Shown here: one piece after another, positions 1 through 13,060 of the stretch
Layout of the letters: every line of letters begins with the position of its first letter
Position numbering within the stretch: position 1 is the stretch's first letter
Assembly: GCF_006345805.1 (NCBI RefSeq)
Contig: NC_043010.1
Span: 51,832,001 to 51,896,000, forward strand
Length of the DNA: 64,000 bases
Reading direction: 5' to 3'
Origin: Octopus sinensis
Lineage: Eukaryota
Translations under genes and position numbers: made by a program
Notes under the pieces: model-generated
What the model was told of the DNA's origin: nothing
Seen by the model: only the letters and a program-made list of their open reading frames with translations
Databases searched by the model: none

Positions 1-152
1 GATGGTAATGGTGGGATTCTTGGCACTATGCTGTGGTGTTCCGTTCTGTTGTTTGAGTAACTTCCAATGCCAAAGTTTGGTGCAAGGCCTTCCAGGATTT
101 TCCAGATGTATATCACAATATATCGTTCCCAACATCGTTCTAGGGAGAAGAG
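1..152 (-). mobile_element. CR1/L2-like LINE, fragment from the 3' end of the ORF
   Basis: Minus strand reads ERYIVIYIWKILEGLAPNFGIGSYSNNRTEHH, homologous to ERYAIIYIWKILEGLVPNFGIEIYTNTRTGHH of the LINE near 18400. Confidence 0.75.
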
Positions 153-419
153 TTAAGATTTTTTAAATATCGAATAGCTATGAGGGTCCACTTGAATAAA
201 AGAGGAATCAGAGGGGTCCATAGGTAAAAAATCGTTGAGAACCTCTAATCTAGACAGATTTTTTTCTACCCCATATAAAACTTTGAATTTAACTTGGAGG
301 AATGACATTTCCTGGGATGAATAAATGACAACATAATTATTGCCTCCACATGGGAACAAAACTTTTTTGCAGCTGCTGCAACCTCCGCCCTTTTGATTTT
401 GCGTGTCACATATGCAATG

Positions 420-760
420 CAGGTCTTCAAACTGTTGACACTCGAGTGTGGTGAAGCATTAGTCCCTGCTTAAAGTATGCTCCATAAAAAGTAATCAAAA
501 ATGTTGAGATCTGGGATATTACTGGGCCAGATGTTGGCCCTCGCAAAAGCTGACATCTTCTCACCGAGGAAGTCCTGTGTTGTTTTTGACCCATGACATG
601 GAGCAGAATCCTGGCTAAGCACCACATTGTCAAGCCCAAACTTCTGCTCCATCTAAGGTAACATAGAGTTCTTCAGGATATCCAGATACTCCTTTGTGCC
701 AATCTTCAAGCCAGACTAAATGAAGTGTGGATCCATGACACTTCCATTACTCATCACGGC
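420..760 (-). mobile_element. Degenerate Tc1/mariner transposase fragment (DDE/D domain)
   Basis: Minus-strand translation SNGSVMDPHFI*SGLKIGTKEYLDILKNSMLP*...QDSAPCH...WPSNIPDLNIFDYFLW matches Tc1/mariner catalytic motifs; contains stops. Confidence 0.8.
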
Positions 761-1224
761 TCTAAATAACATCACAGAGGTAGGATTCTTAGTCTCAAAC
801 AAGGGGGAACATCAGAAGGGTCGTATGCAATCACTCGAATATTTCTGCAATTCACCTCAGCAACAACAGTGAACAGAGAATAGATGCACTCATATATCTG
901 TCAGTAGAGTGGGTATATTATCCGAAATGCATAGTATTAAATATCCATCACAGCTCATCTTGCTAATCAGTTTCGCCCTTCCAAATCAGCTAACTCTGAT
1001 GAGTGTAAAGTTATATAATCGGATTGTTACCTGAAACTCCATTCTATTCTCTACATGAAACTGATTGGTAAGATTAGCCATGATGGATATTTAATACTAT
1101 ATGCACACACACACACACATTTATTTTGGTTCTTCAGTGCCAATATCTTTGCAGAGGAGAGAAAGAAATACTGTTATATTTCAGGATGGTCATTTTTATT
1201 TTGTTTTTCTTGCCAAATAAACAC

Positions 1225-1560
1225 ATGCACTATATATATTCATTCTTTACTCATTTATTGTTGTTTTTATTTTTATCTCATGTCAATTGTCTGGAAATTG
1301 AAGACACTTTAAAGCTGTCCACTGTCTAGAAATATTTTGTCACAAAACTGTGTTGAAGACAGCTTTAAAGCTGTCCGTTGTCTGGAAATCTTTCGTCACA
1401 CTTGTGTTTAGTCCATTCTCAGAATGGACTAAACAGAACAGGAGGAAACACGTGGATGGAAGAGTTGCTGAAGATGTCACAGATGTGTGACAAAAGATTT
1501 CCAGACAATGAACATAAGATAAAATAAGAACAATAATAAACAAGTGAAGAGTAAATACAG
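1225..1560 (+). mobile_element. Microsatellite-flanked insert with a degenerate hammerhead-like motif and inverted partial repeats (Penelope pLTR-like)
   Basis: 1468-1508 CTGAAGA-T-GTCACA-gatg-TGTGAC-AAAA-GATTTC; the inverted partial copy at about 1380-1402 has GAAA at that position; ends about 1232-1297 and about 1490-1560 are inverted relative to each other. Confidence 0.4.
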
Positions 1561-1635
1561 TGTGTGTGTGTGTGTGTGTGTTTATGTGTGTGTAGTGTGT
1601 GTGTGGTGTGTGTGTGTGTGTGTGTGTTTATGTGT

Positions 1636-1684
<49 letters not shown>

Positions 1685-1710
1685 TGCGTGTGTGTGTGTG
1701 TGTGTGTGTA
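1561..1710. repeat. (TG)n microsatellite
   Basis: Direct reading. Confidence 0.95.
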
Positions 1711-2339
1711 TTTAGCAAGGCAAAAGAAATGACCATCCCAAAATATAACAATATTTGTTTTAGCACATGATTTCACATCAAGAATCCTGCAAAACAAATT
1801 CATAAACGAAAGAAATGTTGAAATTTTATTAAATGCTTTATTTGAAATGCTGAAATTCCAACATAGATTTATTTTTCAATAATGTTCGTTATTACACATA
1901 CAACAGATTAGCAAATTATACACACACACACACACACACACATATATAGGATAATTTACAAAAGCAAAAATGAGGAAAAAAAAGGGACTTTGGAGCAAGA
2001 AGGAAGAGAAATGACACCAAATTTTTTATTTTATAATAATATATCGAAAATATTTTTTTAATAAAATTCATAATTTTTTTTCAGATCAACAAGCGATAAA
2101 TTTCATCCAAATGAATGAAGGTTAAAAAATTATGGAATATAAAACATTAGGATGTTTACATGTATGTGACTGTAATTTTTCAAGAATATAAAAATTGAGC
2201 ATGTATTTGTTTTAACAAGAGAATGGAATATAGTGTTTATGTAGTTCAATTTCATACGTCAAATTTTTCTCTTATTACAGTAGTAATAGTAATAATAGTT
2301 ATAATAAATTAATAATAATGAAGATGATAACAATTATTT

Positions 2340-2915
2340 CAAATTTTTGCCATAAGGGTAGCTTGAGGGAGGTGGGAATGAGTTGATTACATTGACCCCA
2401 GTGTTTAACTGGTAGTAATTTTATTGCCCTGGAAAGGATGAAAGGCAACGTCAGCCTCGGTAGAATTTGAACTCAGAATGTAGCAACAGGTGAAATACCT
2501 ATTTCTTCACTGCCCACAAGGGGCTACACACAAAGGGGACAAACAAGGACAGACAAACAGATTAAGTCGATTATATCGACTCCAGTGCGTAACTGGTACT
2601 TATTTAATTGACCCCGAAAGGATGAAAGGCAAAGTTGACTTCGGTGGAGTTTGAACTCAGAATGTAGCAACAGGTGAAATACCTATTTCTTTACTGCCCG
2701 CAAGGGGCTACACACAGAGGGGACAAACAAGGACAGACAAAGGGATTAAGTCGATTATATCGACCCCAGTGCGTAACTAGTACTTATTTAATCGACCCCG
2801 AAAGGATGAAAGGCAAAGTCGACCTCGGCGGAATTGGAACTCAGAACGTAGCGACAGACGAAATACTGCTAAGCATTTCGCCCAGCATGCTAACAATTCT
2901 GCCAGCTCATTGTCT
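2340..2915 (-). mobile_element. Head-to-tail array of tRNA-derived SINE family B (about 180-bp units)
   Basis: Repeated gaaaggatgaaaggcaaagtcgacctcggcggaatttgaactcagaac core; tRNA-like head at the right end. Confidence 0.85.
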
Positions 2916-3089
2916 TTAATGATAGCTTCAAATTTTGCCACAAGGGGCAGCAAGTTTGGGGGAGGGGAAGAGTCAATTGCATCGACCCCAGTGTTTGAAA
3001 GAGTTATCGTCAGAGAATCAGGTTCAATCCCCACCTGCCACAACTAAAACTGGAATGGTTGGGCAAATCACCTGGAATGGTTGGACATC

Positions 3090-3200
3090 AAATGCAAACG
3101 TGCAAATGCTCCAAAAATCTGCCCTCCTTGGAAAAGCTCATATGCTTAGAAAAGTATTTTCATACCAAGGACTTTTAGTAAGGCTTGGCAATTAATATTG
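3090..3200 (+). mobile_element. 3' terminal fragment of an RLE-type (R2/R4-like) non-LTR retrotransposon
   Basis: Translation QMLQKSALLGKAHMLRKVF resembles the QKxALLGTAxILRKVL C-terminus of restriction-like-endonuclease LINEs. Confidence 0.5.
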
Positions 3201-3955
3201 AAGGCAAAAAAGAGTAAAAACCTGTATTTTATGTACATTTCGCACGATAAAATATAACAACAACGACAAAAGTAACGACAACAATAATTCTTTCTACTAT
3301 AGGCACAAAGCCTGAAAAGTTTGGGGTGGAGGCTAGTCGTTTACTTTGACCCAGTATTCAACTGGTACTTATTTCATCAACTCTGAAAGAATAAAAGGCA
3401 AAGTAAATCTCAGTGGAATTTGAACTCTGTATGTCCATCATGTTAACAATTCTACCACCTTGCCAGTTGAATAATGATAATCCTTTCTACCACAGGCACA
3501 AGGCCTGGAATTGGTGGAGCAGGATAGTCGATCACATCGACCCTAGTACTTGACTAGTATGGATTCCATCAACCCAAAAATGCAATATAATAATAATAAT
3601 AATAATTCATTCTTTTATTAGCCATGAGGGCTCACATAAAACAACATTAAGTGACTTGCAACAACATAAAAGACATAAACAGGATGATACAATAATAATA
3701 ATAATAATATAATAATAATAATAATAATAATAGTAATAATGATGATGATGATGTTGATTTCAAATTTTTGCCACAAGGGTAGCTTGAGGGAGGGGATTAA
3801 GTCAATTATACTGACCCCAGTGTATAACAGGTACTTATTTAATTAACCCCAAAAGGATGAAAGGCAAAGTTGTCCTTGAGCTCAGAACATAGCAATGGGC
3901 AAAATATTGCTAAGCATTTTGCCCATCATGCTAACAATTCTGTCAGCTTGCTGCC

Positions 3956-3987
<32 letters not shown>

Positions 3988-4369
3988 CCTTTAAAAATAA
4001 GCATTGGGGTCAGTTTATTCAACTAAACCCTTCAAGCTATTGCTCCAGCATGGCTGCAGTCCAATGACTGAAATAAGTAAGAGATAAAAGGTCTAACTAA
4101 TTAATGCCTTTTATGAAAAGTAAAAAACTTTTGAACAGAAAATTAACTCCAAAAATAGAAAAATAGTGTAATGTTTTAAAATCAGTTTTCAACAAAAATA
4201 CATGTAGAAAATATGTCACAAACAAAAAAATATATCAATGTAACAAATACAAAATATAAAAATATTTAATTTTGATTTATATAGAGTGTCCTAGAATTAT
4301 TAATATATTTCAATAAAATCAGGCAAATTTAAAAAAAACTCATATAATTATATGTTTATTATTTAATTA

Positions 4370-4765
4370 TTATTTCTTTATTGCCCACAAGGGGCTAAAC
4401 ATAGAGGGGACAAACAAGGACAGATAAAGGGATTAAGTCGATTACATTGACCATAGTGTATAACTGGTACTTAATTTATCGACCCCAAAAGGATGAAAGG
4501 CAAAGTCGACCTCAGCAGAATTTGAACTCAGAACATAGTGGCAGATGAAATACCTATTTCTTTACTAACCACAAAGGGCTAAACACAGAGAGGACAAACA
4601 AGGACAGACAAACGGATTAAGCCGATTATATCGACCCCAGTGCGTAACTAGTACTTATTTAATCGACCCCGAAAGGATGAAAGGCAAAGTCGACATCAGC
4701 GGAATTTGAACTCAGAACGTAGTGGCAGATGAAATACCGCTAAGCATTTCACCTGGCGTGCTAAT
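4370..4765 (-). mobile_element. SINE family B dimer
   Basis: Two tandem units joined at gaaatacctatttcttta. Confidence 0.85.
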
Positions 4766-5567
4766 GTTTCTGCCAGGTTGCCGCCTCATTATTATTTATT
4801 ATTTAATCATGATACCAAAACAAGTAGATTTTAACATTTTATATAAAAACTTCATTGCAAATTTTCGATATGTGCTCCGTCTGTGTTCCTACAAATTTCA
4901 AATCTATCTTTAGTGTTGTGAAAGTTATCTCCTGCATGACTAACTGAATGCATTCTTTAAGTTCAGCTAAACTATTGCTCCATCCTACGGATGGAAGTAG
5001 AGAAGCTGATTACAGCCAAACTGAAGAACAGCTGTTGTAGACAGATAAGCAAGATCAGACAAGAATGAAAATAAAATTATATAAAAAAAAAAAAAATTAT
5101 AAAGAGAGCTTTTAAAAGAATCGCCCAATTTCACTGAAATAGATAGCTAATTCTGGGACACACTGAATTACAGAGATGTACAGCAGCATCAAGTTTTAAA
5201 AATGATAATGAGAGAATCAAGTTGCAACATTCATTCATATTTTTCTGAATATGCAGTTTGAAACCGGTTCGGCTGCATATCAAAACAACTGAAGACATAA
5301 TGAAATTTTATAACATGATGAAACAATGTTATGAAAATCTATAAATTTATGAGTTAAAATAGAACTAAGATATTTCGTTTTTGAATGGAATTCTAGCTTA
5401 ACCCTTTAGCATTCACATTCCTCTGTTAAATGTAATACTTATTTATTCACATTGTCTTGAATTAATCATGCACTGTCTTGTAACTTTGAGATTTCGATGA
5501 TGTGGTTGTCTATTTTCTAGAATAACATTTTAGTGTAGATTTGAAATGCTGGATCTGACCAGTTTGA

Positions 5568-5787
5568 CCCTTTCGTTACTGAATTAATTTCGAGATGCTC
5601 TGTGTTTCTTTTAATTACTTTAAATATAACAAAGAATTTAGTAAAATAACTTAGTTATCACTCAGCTAGTTTTAGGAACATAAATTGTGACAAAAGTTTG
5701 GTAGAAGATTTTAATTCAAAACTTATGAAAACAAGACGTTTGTACTCAAAGCCAGATCCGGTTTCAGCCGGGTTGGTAACGAAAGGG
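5568..5787. mobile_element. piggyBac-like MITE (220 bp) nested in an older CCCTTTAGC-type MITE starting at about 5399
   Basis: TIRs CCCTTTCGTTAC/GTAACGAAAGGG, flanks TTGA and TTAA; a sister copy lies at 52614-52834. Confidence 0.75.
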
Positions 5788-6289
5788 TTAAATGTAGAAC
5801 AGGAAGAATATTTGGGCTGAAATTACAAAAAGAGTGAAAATTTTAGGTTTATGTGGCTTGGGGTGGAGGTTAATAATTCTTTTGTAAAAATGGATTTTTT
5901 TGTATATAATCACATGAATTCCCATGCATAGAACACAAATTTGCACAAATATATTACAAGGAGTAATATAAGGGGTACTTTATACCAGAATTCCACCAGT
6001 ATTACGTTTGCTGAGATTCTTGATATGAGATCTTATGTTGAGACAGATATGGAGGTTCCACAAGAGGGACATTGTGCCAGTAATAAACTCTGTGCACTGG
6101 GTTCAATTTCACATCCTTATTATTTGTCATTGGTCAACTATTTAACCAACTAATTGATTGATCGATTGATCATTCAGTTAATCAATCAATCAGTCATGTT
6201 TGTCAAAGTCCTTTTGTCATCATTCATGATCTCTTCAATGTTATATCAGCTTGGAGTTTGACGAATACAAGTGACTGATTACTTAATCA

Positions 6290-7030
6290 TCATCATCATC
6301 ATAATCTTTTAACGTCCGTTTTTCCATGCTGGCATGGGTTGGATGGATGACTTGACCAGAACTGGCAAGCTAGGAAGCTGTGCCAGATTCTGTTGATTTT
6401 CCCTGGTTTCTATGGCCGAATGCCCTTTCTTATTTCTTTATTGCCCACAAGGGGCTAAACATAGAGGGAAAAAACAAGGACAAACCAAGGGATTAAGTCG
6501 ATTAGATCGACCCCAGTACGTAACTGGTACTTAATTTATCGACCCTGAAAGGATGAAAGGCAAAGTCGACCTCGGCGGAATTTGAACTCAGAACATAACG
6601 GCAGATGAAATACCTATTTCTTTACTTCCCACAAGGGGCTACACACAAAAGAGACAAACAAGGACAGACAAAGGGATTAAGTTGATTAGATTGCCCCCAG
6701 TGTGTAACTGGTACTTAATTTATCAACCCCGAAAGGATGAAAGGCAAAGTCGACCTCAGCGGAATTTGAACTCAGAACATAACGGCAGATGAAATACCGC
6801 TAAGCATTTCACCTGGTGTGCTAACGTTTCTGCCAGCTCACCGAATGTCCTTTCTATGCCAACCACTTTACAGTGCATGCCGGGTGCTTTTAACATGCCA
6901 CCAGCACAAGGGCTTTTACATGACCATGGCACCAGTGCCTACAAAGTGGCACCAGCATGAGAGCTTTTTATGTGGCACCAGCACAGGACTCTTACAAGCC
7001 AATCTTCTTCACCAGGGGATGTGGCTTTAA
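6290..7030 (-). mobile_element. RTE-3'-derived repeat (family C, (ATC)n tail) interrupted by a SINE B dimer at about 6425-6845
   Basis: catcatcat...tttaacgtccgttttccatgct-gcatgggttgga; the family C sequence resumes after the SINE. Confidence 0.7.
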
Positions 7031-7319
7031 CACTTCTGCTGTGAAGGACGGGTTACTGATTAAGTAAACAAGTAATTAGTTAGTTGGTGATTAGTTAACC
7101 AATTGACGAATGATAAAGAGCTAAGAACATTTCATTTAAAAATAGTCTTTTTTATTCTTCAGCGATATGGAGGTACAAGCATAACTGTCATTAAGAAGCT
7201 TGCTTTGCAAACCACATGGTCCCGGGTTCAGTCCCACTGTGTGGTACCTTGGGCAAGCGTCTTCTACTATAACCTTGGGCCAACTATATTCTTGGCAAAC
7301 AGGAACTAAACAAAACCAT

Positions 7320-7735
7320 CTGTGCATGTATATCTGTATACGAGTGTGTCTGTGTATATACATGTTTATCCATGTGTGTGTGTCTGTATATAAACATGTA
7401 TAGCTGTGTGTGTCTGTGTGTGTACATGTATATGTGTGTGTGTGCATGCATGTGTGTATACATGTATGTATTTCTATGTGTGTGTGTGTGTGTGTCTGTA
7501 TGTAAACATGTATATCTGTGTGTGTGTCTGTGTGTGTACATGTATATGTGTGTGTGTGTGTGTGCATGCATGTGTGTATGCATGTATGTATTTCTATGTG
7601 TGTGTGTGTGTGTGTGTCTGTATGTAAACATGTATATCTGTGTGTGTGTCTGTGTGTGTACATGTATATGTGTGTGTGTGTGCATGCATGTGTGTATGCA
7701 TGTATGTATATCTCTGTGTGTGTGTGTGTGCACAT
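7320..7735. repeat. TG-rich minisatellite, about 120-bp higher-order unit, about 3 copies
   Basis: Recurrent gtaaacatgtatatctgtgtg...gcatgtatgtatttctatgtg blocks. Confidence 0.85.
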
Positions 7736-8889
7736 GTGACTGCATTTGTGTCTTGGAAGATGGAAGACAATAACTGCGAAGGAATATATTAAGAATCTTA
7801 AAAAATAATAATAGCACAAAAAAAAAAGATGAAATTTCATATACATGCAGAAAAAAAAAAGAAAGAAAAATAGGCAAAAACTGAAATTCAAAAATTCAAA
7901 AAAATCATCACTCCACATCACTCCATTCTCTAATTCATAATTTCAGAAATATTTTAAATGCAGGAAATTAACCATCTACAGATCAAATTTAAAGAACATG
8001 CACGGCGGTGCCCCAGCATGGCCACAGCTCAAGAGCTGAAACTGGAAAACAAAAACATAATAAACAGTTAATAGATTAGTTACTGCAGTGTTTGTCCTCA
8101 GATAACATCTATCATGAACTTTCTGTATTAAAAACACAATAAATATCAGAGAGAGACAAAAATTCATGCCAGCAGTGGCCAGCAACAGTGCCAGCCGTTC
8201 AAGAATTTGGACCTGGTGATCTCCATTTCCAGTGACTTTGAGGGCCACCTCCCAGTGGTGTCAGGCATCAACAAAGAGCCCTCGACTACAACAAGACGAC
8301 CAAAGTTTTTTTTGTTTTCCAAGGTCTGGGGTCTCCCGCCCCTAAGCCCTAGACCGTCACCTAATCACCCTTACCTGTCTTGTTGCTTAACAACAACAAG
8401 AGCAACAGCACCAGATGGAATTCATCTGTTTTGGGGGTCTTCCCAAAGGTGTGCTTTGCTTGGATGACAATCTGTTGCCTCTTGCCATATTGTGTTCGTT
8501 ACACAGCAAGTCAACGAAAGATGTTATCTCAGGACAAATGCTGCAGTATCTGGTCTATCAACATGTGTATATACAATAGATAGTTATTTTAAGTTAACAG
8601 AACCTCAATCACACCAACCAGATTTTAAATGCAATATTTTTCTTCTCAAAGCAATTTTAATAAAATATAGGAGATAAATGAACTCTGTTGTCTTGGTAGA
8701 TGTATATAAGTAATGATCTCAGATATATTACTGTACATATTGCATAGGTAGATGTATGTATTATTTTATATCATTTGGCATATGTCTGCCATATGTATAG
8801 ATATCTTATCTCATATCATACTTAATATCTCAATCATATAGCCAGTCAGTATTTTATACAATTATGCATACCTATCACATGTTAGGAAT

Positions 8890-8982
<93 letters not shown>

Positions 8983-9025
8983 GTATGTATGTATATATAT
9001 ATATTATATATATATGCATATAATA

Positions 9026-9063
<38 letters not shown>

Positions 9064-9069
9064 TATACA

Positions 9070-9332
9070 TATGTACCTGTGTCGGTGGCACATAAAAAAC
9101 ACCATCGAGCGTGGCCTATTTGTCAGCCTCGTCTGGCACTGTGTCGGTTGTGGCACATAAAATCACCCACTACACTCTCGGAGTGGTTGCGTTAGGAAGG
9201 GCATCCAGCTGTAGAAAACTGCCAGATCTGACTGGACTGGTGCAGCTTCAGGCTCCACAGACCCCAGTTGAACCGTCCAACCCATGCTAGCATGGAAGCG
9301 GACGTTAAATGATGATGATGATGATGATGATG

Positions 9333-9335
<3 letters not shown>
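9070..9335 (+). mobile_element. Family C repeat 3' end with (GAT)n tail
   Basis: gttaggaagggcatccagctgtagaaa...gcatggaagcggacgttaaatgatgatgat. Confidence 0.75.
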
Positions 9336-9380
<45 letters not shown>

Positions 9381-9542
9381 ATATATATATACATATGTAC
9401 ATATACATATATACATATATAATATATACACATATGTACATATACATATATACATATATTATATATATATACACACATATGTACATATACATATATATAT
9501 ATAATAATATATATATATATATTATATATATAACATATGTAC

Positions 9543-9603
<61 letters not shown>

Positions 9604-9635
9604 CATATGTGTGTGCATATGTATATATATATATT

Positions 9636-9892
9636 CCGGAGTAAACACTAAATGTGAAACAAGATGGAAAAAAGAGTACTCAAATACCAGTGGTAGAGTA
9701 ATATGCTCTATTTAAAGCAGCAGAAAATTCCACAAAACCTGTTACTCTGAGTTTCTCGTTACCGTTCATCAGACAGTTTTTGCTAGAATAGAACCGATAT
9801 CGGTTCTATTCTAGCAAAAACTGTCCGATAAACGGCAACGGGAAACTCAGAGTAACAGGTTTTGTGGAATATTTTCTGCTGCTTTAAATAAA
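9636..9892. mobile_element. Fold-back insert in (TA)n with about 90-bp arms and a hammerhead-like motif
   Basis: Arms 9709-9798 and 9799-9890 meet with no loop at GAT|ATC; flanked by (TA)n on both sides. Confidence 0.75.
9735..9781 (-). ncRNA. Minimal type I hammerhead ribozyme-like motif
   Basis: aaaactgt CTGATGA acg-gtaa-cga GAAA ctcagag TA acaggtttt: intact core, GUA site, but an A.A mismatch closes stem II. Confidence 0.5.
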
Positions 9893-9903
9893 GTATATAT
9901 ATA

Positions 9904-9949
<46 letters not shown>

Positions 9950-11334
9950 TATGTACACACAAACAAACACACACATATTATATATATATATAAAATTAAA
10001 TAATGAGGGTAGAAATTTATATTATAAAATAATATTAATTTAAACCAGTAGCCAGCATACGTGAAAAATGTCCAAGGACTACAACTTATATTTAAATGTA
10101 TAAATAAGAACAAACACCACTAGGTGAATTCCTAATATGCTGAAAATAGACATCAAATCATTCTACCACGGAAAATATGTTCTCAAATTAGCATGACACT
10201 AGATGTTTGTGACATTCTCCATAATGAATTAATCATGTTCACAATAATACTCTATTTGAATTTTTTAGCTCATAACTTTTAATAATATTAATGTCCTTAA
10301 CTTATTGATTACATTACAGGTTTTGTCTCTTTATATATATATATATTTATTCCTTATCATATTATGAGGTAAGTTAAACTTTTAGTTTTTAGGTTTATTT
10401 TATGAATTTGACCTGAGGAGTGACTGCTTTTGGGAGTAAAATCATTTTTCCATTCTAATGAACTTAGATATGGTTTTCTTATATGATTTTACATAGTCCT
10501 AATTCAGCCATGAAACGCACGTAGTTGATGTACAAGTACTTACTTTTACACATTATAGTATTGTATTAATTAATTTTTATTGTTCAATTTATACTTTTTT
10601 TGATCTTAGATTAATATTTTTATGATGAATGTTTCTTGGTATGGTATTCACAGTGATTTTAAAAGTATTTGCTCATATATATTATATGATTGTAATAATC
10701 TTATTGTTCAATATTATATATTATTAAAATTTTAGATTAGTATTTTGTAGGGTATATATATATAATATCTTTAACATATAATCTAGATATCTACCTCTAT
10801 TTTGTAATACACACATGCATGCACACACACACACACACACACACACAACACACACACACACACACGCGCATACATACAATATCTTTATCATATAATCTAG
10901 ATATCTACCTCTGTTTTGTATTCTTACTAGTTTTTCTCTCATATTGTATAGTGTCCGATTTTTACCTTCATTAAAACCATTTGTGGTGATACAGTTGTTA
11001 CCAAATGTTGCTGTGGGAGCTGTTTCAAAACTTTATGAGTATTACTGAAACAAATAACATCAGAATTTTCCTCAGTCCTTCTTGATGTCAAGTGCAGACA
11101 AGATTTTCTACCAGTTCTGAAAATACTGAAAAGAAAGAGAAAGAAAGAAAAACTAAGAATGTTACTGTTTCTTTTCCCAGAAATCTCTCAAAGAGAGATA
11201 TTCAGTAACAGTACTTTAAAGTAAAAACTATTTGTCGACATAATGTGGCAGTCCTGGATGGGACGAATGTTACTGTTGTTTAACCCCAGGAAACATTGTT
11301 TCCAGTTGGCTATATGACACAATATCTGTTCCAA

Positions 11335-11765
11335 AGTATATAAGTGACCCGCTGTTCTTGAGGAGACCTATTGAGTCAAGTTCGTCAACATCAACATCAA
11401 AATAAAAATCAAATGGAAATTGCAGTTAAGATACCCATGCTAGTGGCACGTAAAAAGCGCCATCCGAACGTGGCTGATGCCAGCACCGCCTGACTGGCGT
11501 CCGTATCAGTGACATGTAAAATGCACCGACCAATAATGGCCATTTGCCAGCGTCCTCTGGCCCCTGTGCCGGTGGCATGTAAAAAGCACCCACTACATTC
11601 ACGGAGTGGTTGGCGTTAGGAAGGGCATCCAGCTGTAGTAACACTACCAAATCAGACTGGAACCTGGCACAGCCTCCTGGCTTCCAAGACCCCAGTTAAA
11701 CCGTAAACCCATGCTAGCATGGGAAACAGACATTAAACGATGATGATGATGATGATGATGATGAT
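11335..11765 (+). mobile_element. Family C repeat lying between two oppositely oriented halves of a palindromic element (about 11200-11335 and 11765-11860)
   Basis: Family C tail at 11740-11763; flanks are homologous to the 45302-45478 palindrome. Confidence 0.6.
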
Positions 11766-12129
11766 ATCGTACAGCCAGCTGGAAAGGATATTTCCTGGGG
11801 CTAAACAACAGTAACATTCATCCTATCCAGGACAGCCACATTATGTTGGCAAGTAGTCTTCACAGGCTTATAGTTATTGCTATTATTGGGTGGTGGATGC
11901 TTTGGCAGAATCATTAGAATGTTGCATTAAGTAGTGCAGTGTGTGTTCTGGCTCTTTTCATCTGGCTTAATTCAAATCTTATTTAAGCCAACTTTCCCTT
12001 TTATCCTTTCAGAGTCAATAAAATAAAACACCAGACAAATATAGAGGTCAAGAGCGTCTACTATTCCTCCCAGCTCAAAACTGCTGGCCTAATATTTATA
12101 TTGTTGCTGTTGTTATTATTGTTTATCTG

Positions 12130-13060
12130 TAGGTTAGTTCTGATTGACAAGGCCTACATCTCAATGTCATTGGAGCACTGGAGAAAAAAATACTTAGGGG
12201 TATTTATTGTAGTTCATTTGCATCATGAACCGAAATCCAACAAATTGCTGGACCAGATGATGAAAGTTGCAGAAAGAGTCATAGCTCAATTATTTAGGAA
12301 GGGAGTTAGCATAGATAAAATACAGTTTGAATTTGCACCAGGCAGAAGCACCACTGATGCTATCTTGCTGTCGAAGCAACTGCAGAAGTACTTGACCAAA
12401 AATAAACCTCTATATCTGGCTTTTGCTGACATGGAGAAAGCTTTTGACGGGGCCCCCTGCTCCCTTATCTAGTAGGCAATGCAGAAGCTAGGGATAGATG
12501 AGTGGTTGGTGAGAGCTATAAAAGCTGTACAGTAAGGTGAAAGTTACCAATGAATATAGCAAGGAGTTTAGTGAACAAGTAGGAGTCCACCATGGATTGG
12601 TTCTTAGCCCCTTCTTGTTTGTAATAGTCCTCCAAGCTATGACTGAGGAATTTAAGACTGGCTATTCCTGGGAGCTCCTCTATGCAGATGACCTTCTTCT
12701 TTTGCTGAATCACTACCAGAACTAGGAAAATATTTCAGGTACGGAAGCAAGGACTTAATTCTAAGGGCCTTGGAGTTAACTTAGCAAAAACCAAAGTCTT
12801 AGTAAATAGGAAAACAGACAAATTACAGATCCCTTCTGGGAGATAGCTCTGCTTGATATGTAGAAAAGGTGGCACCCTTCAGACATTGGGCAATATGCTG
12901 TGCTTGAGAAGACCCACCAAGCCAAGTGAAATCATAGTCGTGGCTGATGCCAGTGTCACATACCTGGCACCCGTGCCAGTGGCATGTAAAAAACACCCTT
13001 CAAACTTTGGTACTCATGGAGGCAGTGACATATGACCAAGACCTTCGATAATATACCATG
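12130..13060 (+). mobile_element. Degenerate RTE-clade LINE reverse transcriptase fragment plus 3' region
   Basis: QFEFAPGRSTTDAI...LYLAFADMEKAFD...VGVHHGLVLSPFLF...ELLYADDL, broken by stops and frameshifts. Confidence 0.85.

Noticed and set aside
7136-9715. Long ORFs rich in HT/YI/CV dipeptides (also at 1.5, 19, 21, 41-42 and 56 kb)
   Set aside because: These are translations of (CA)n/(TA)n microsatellites, not genes
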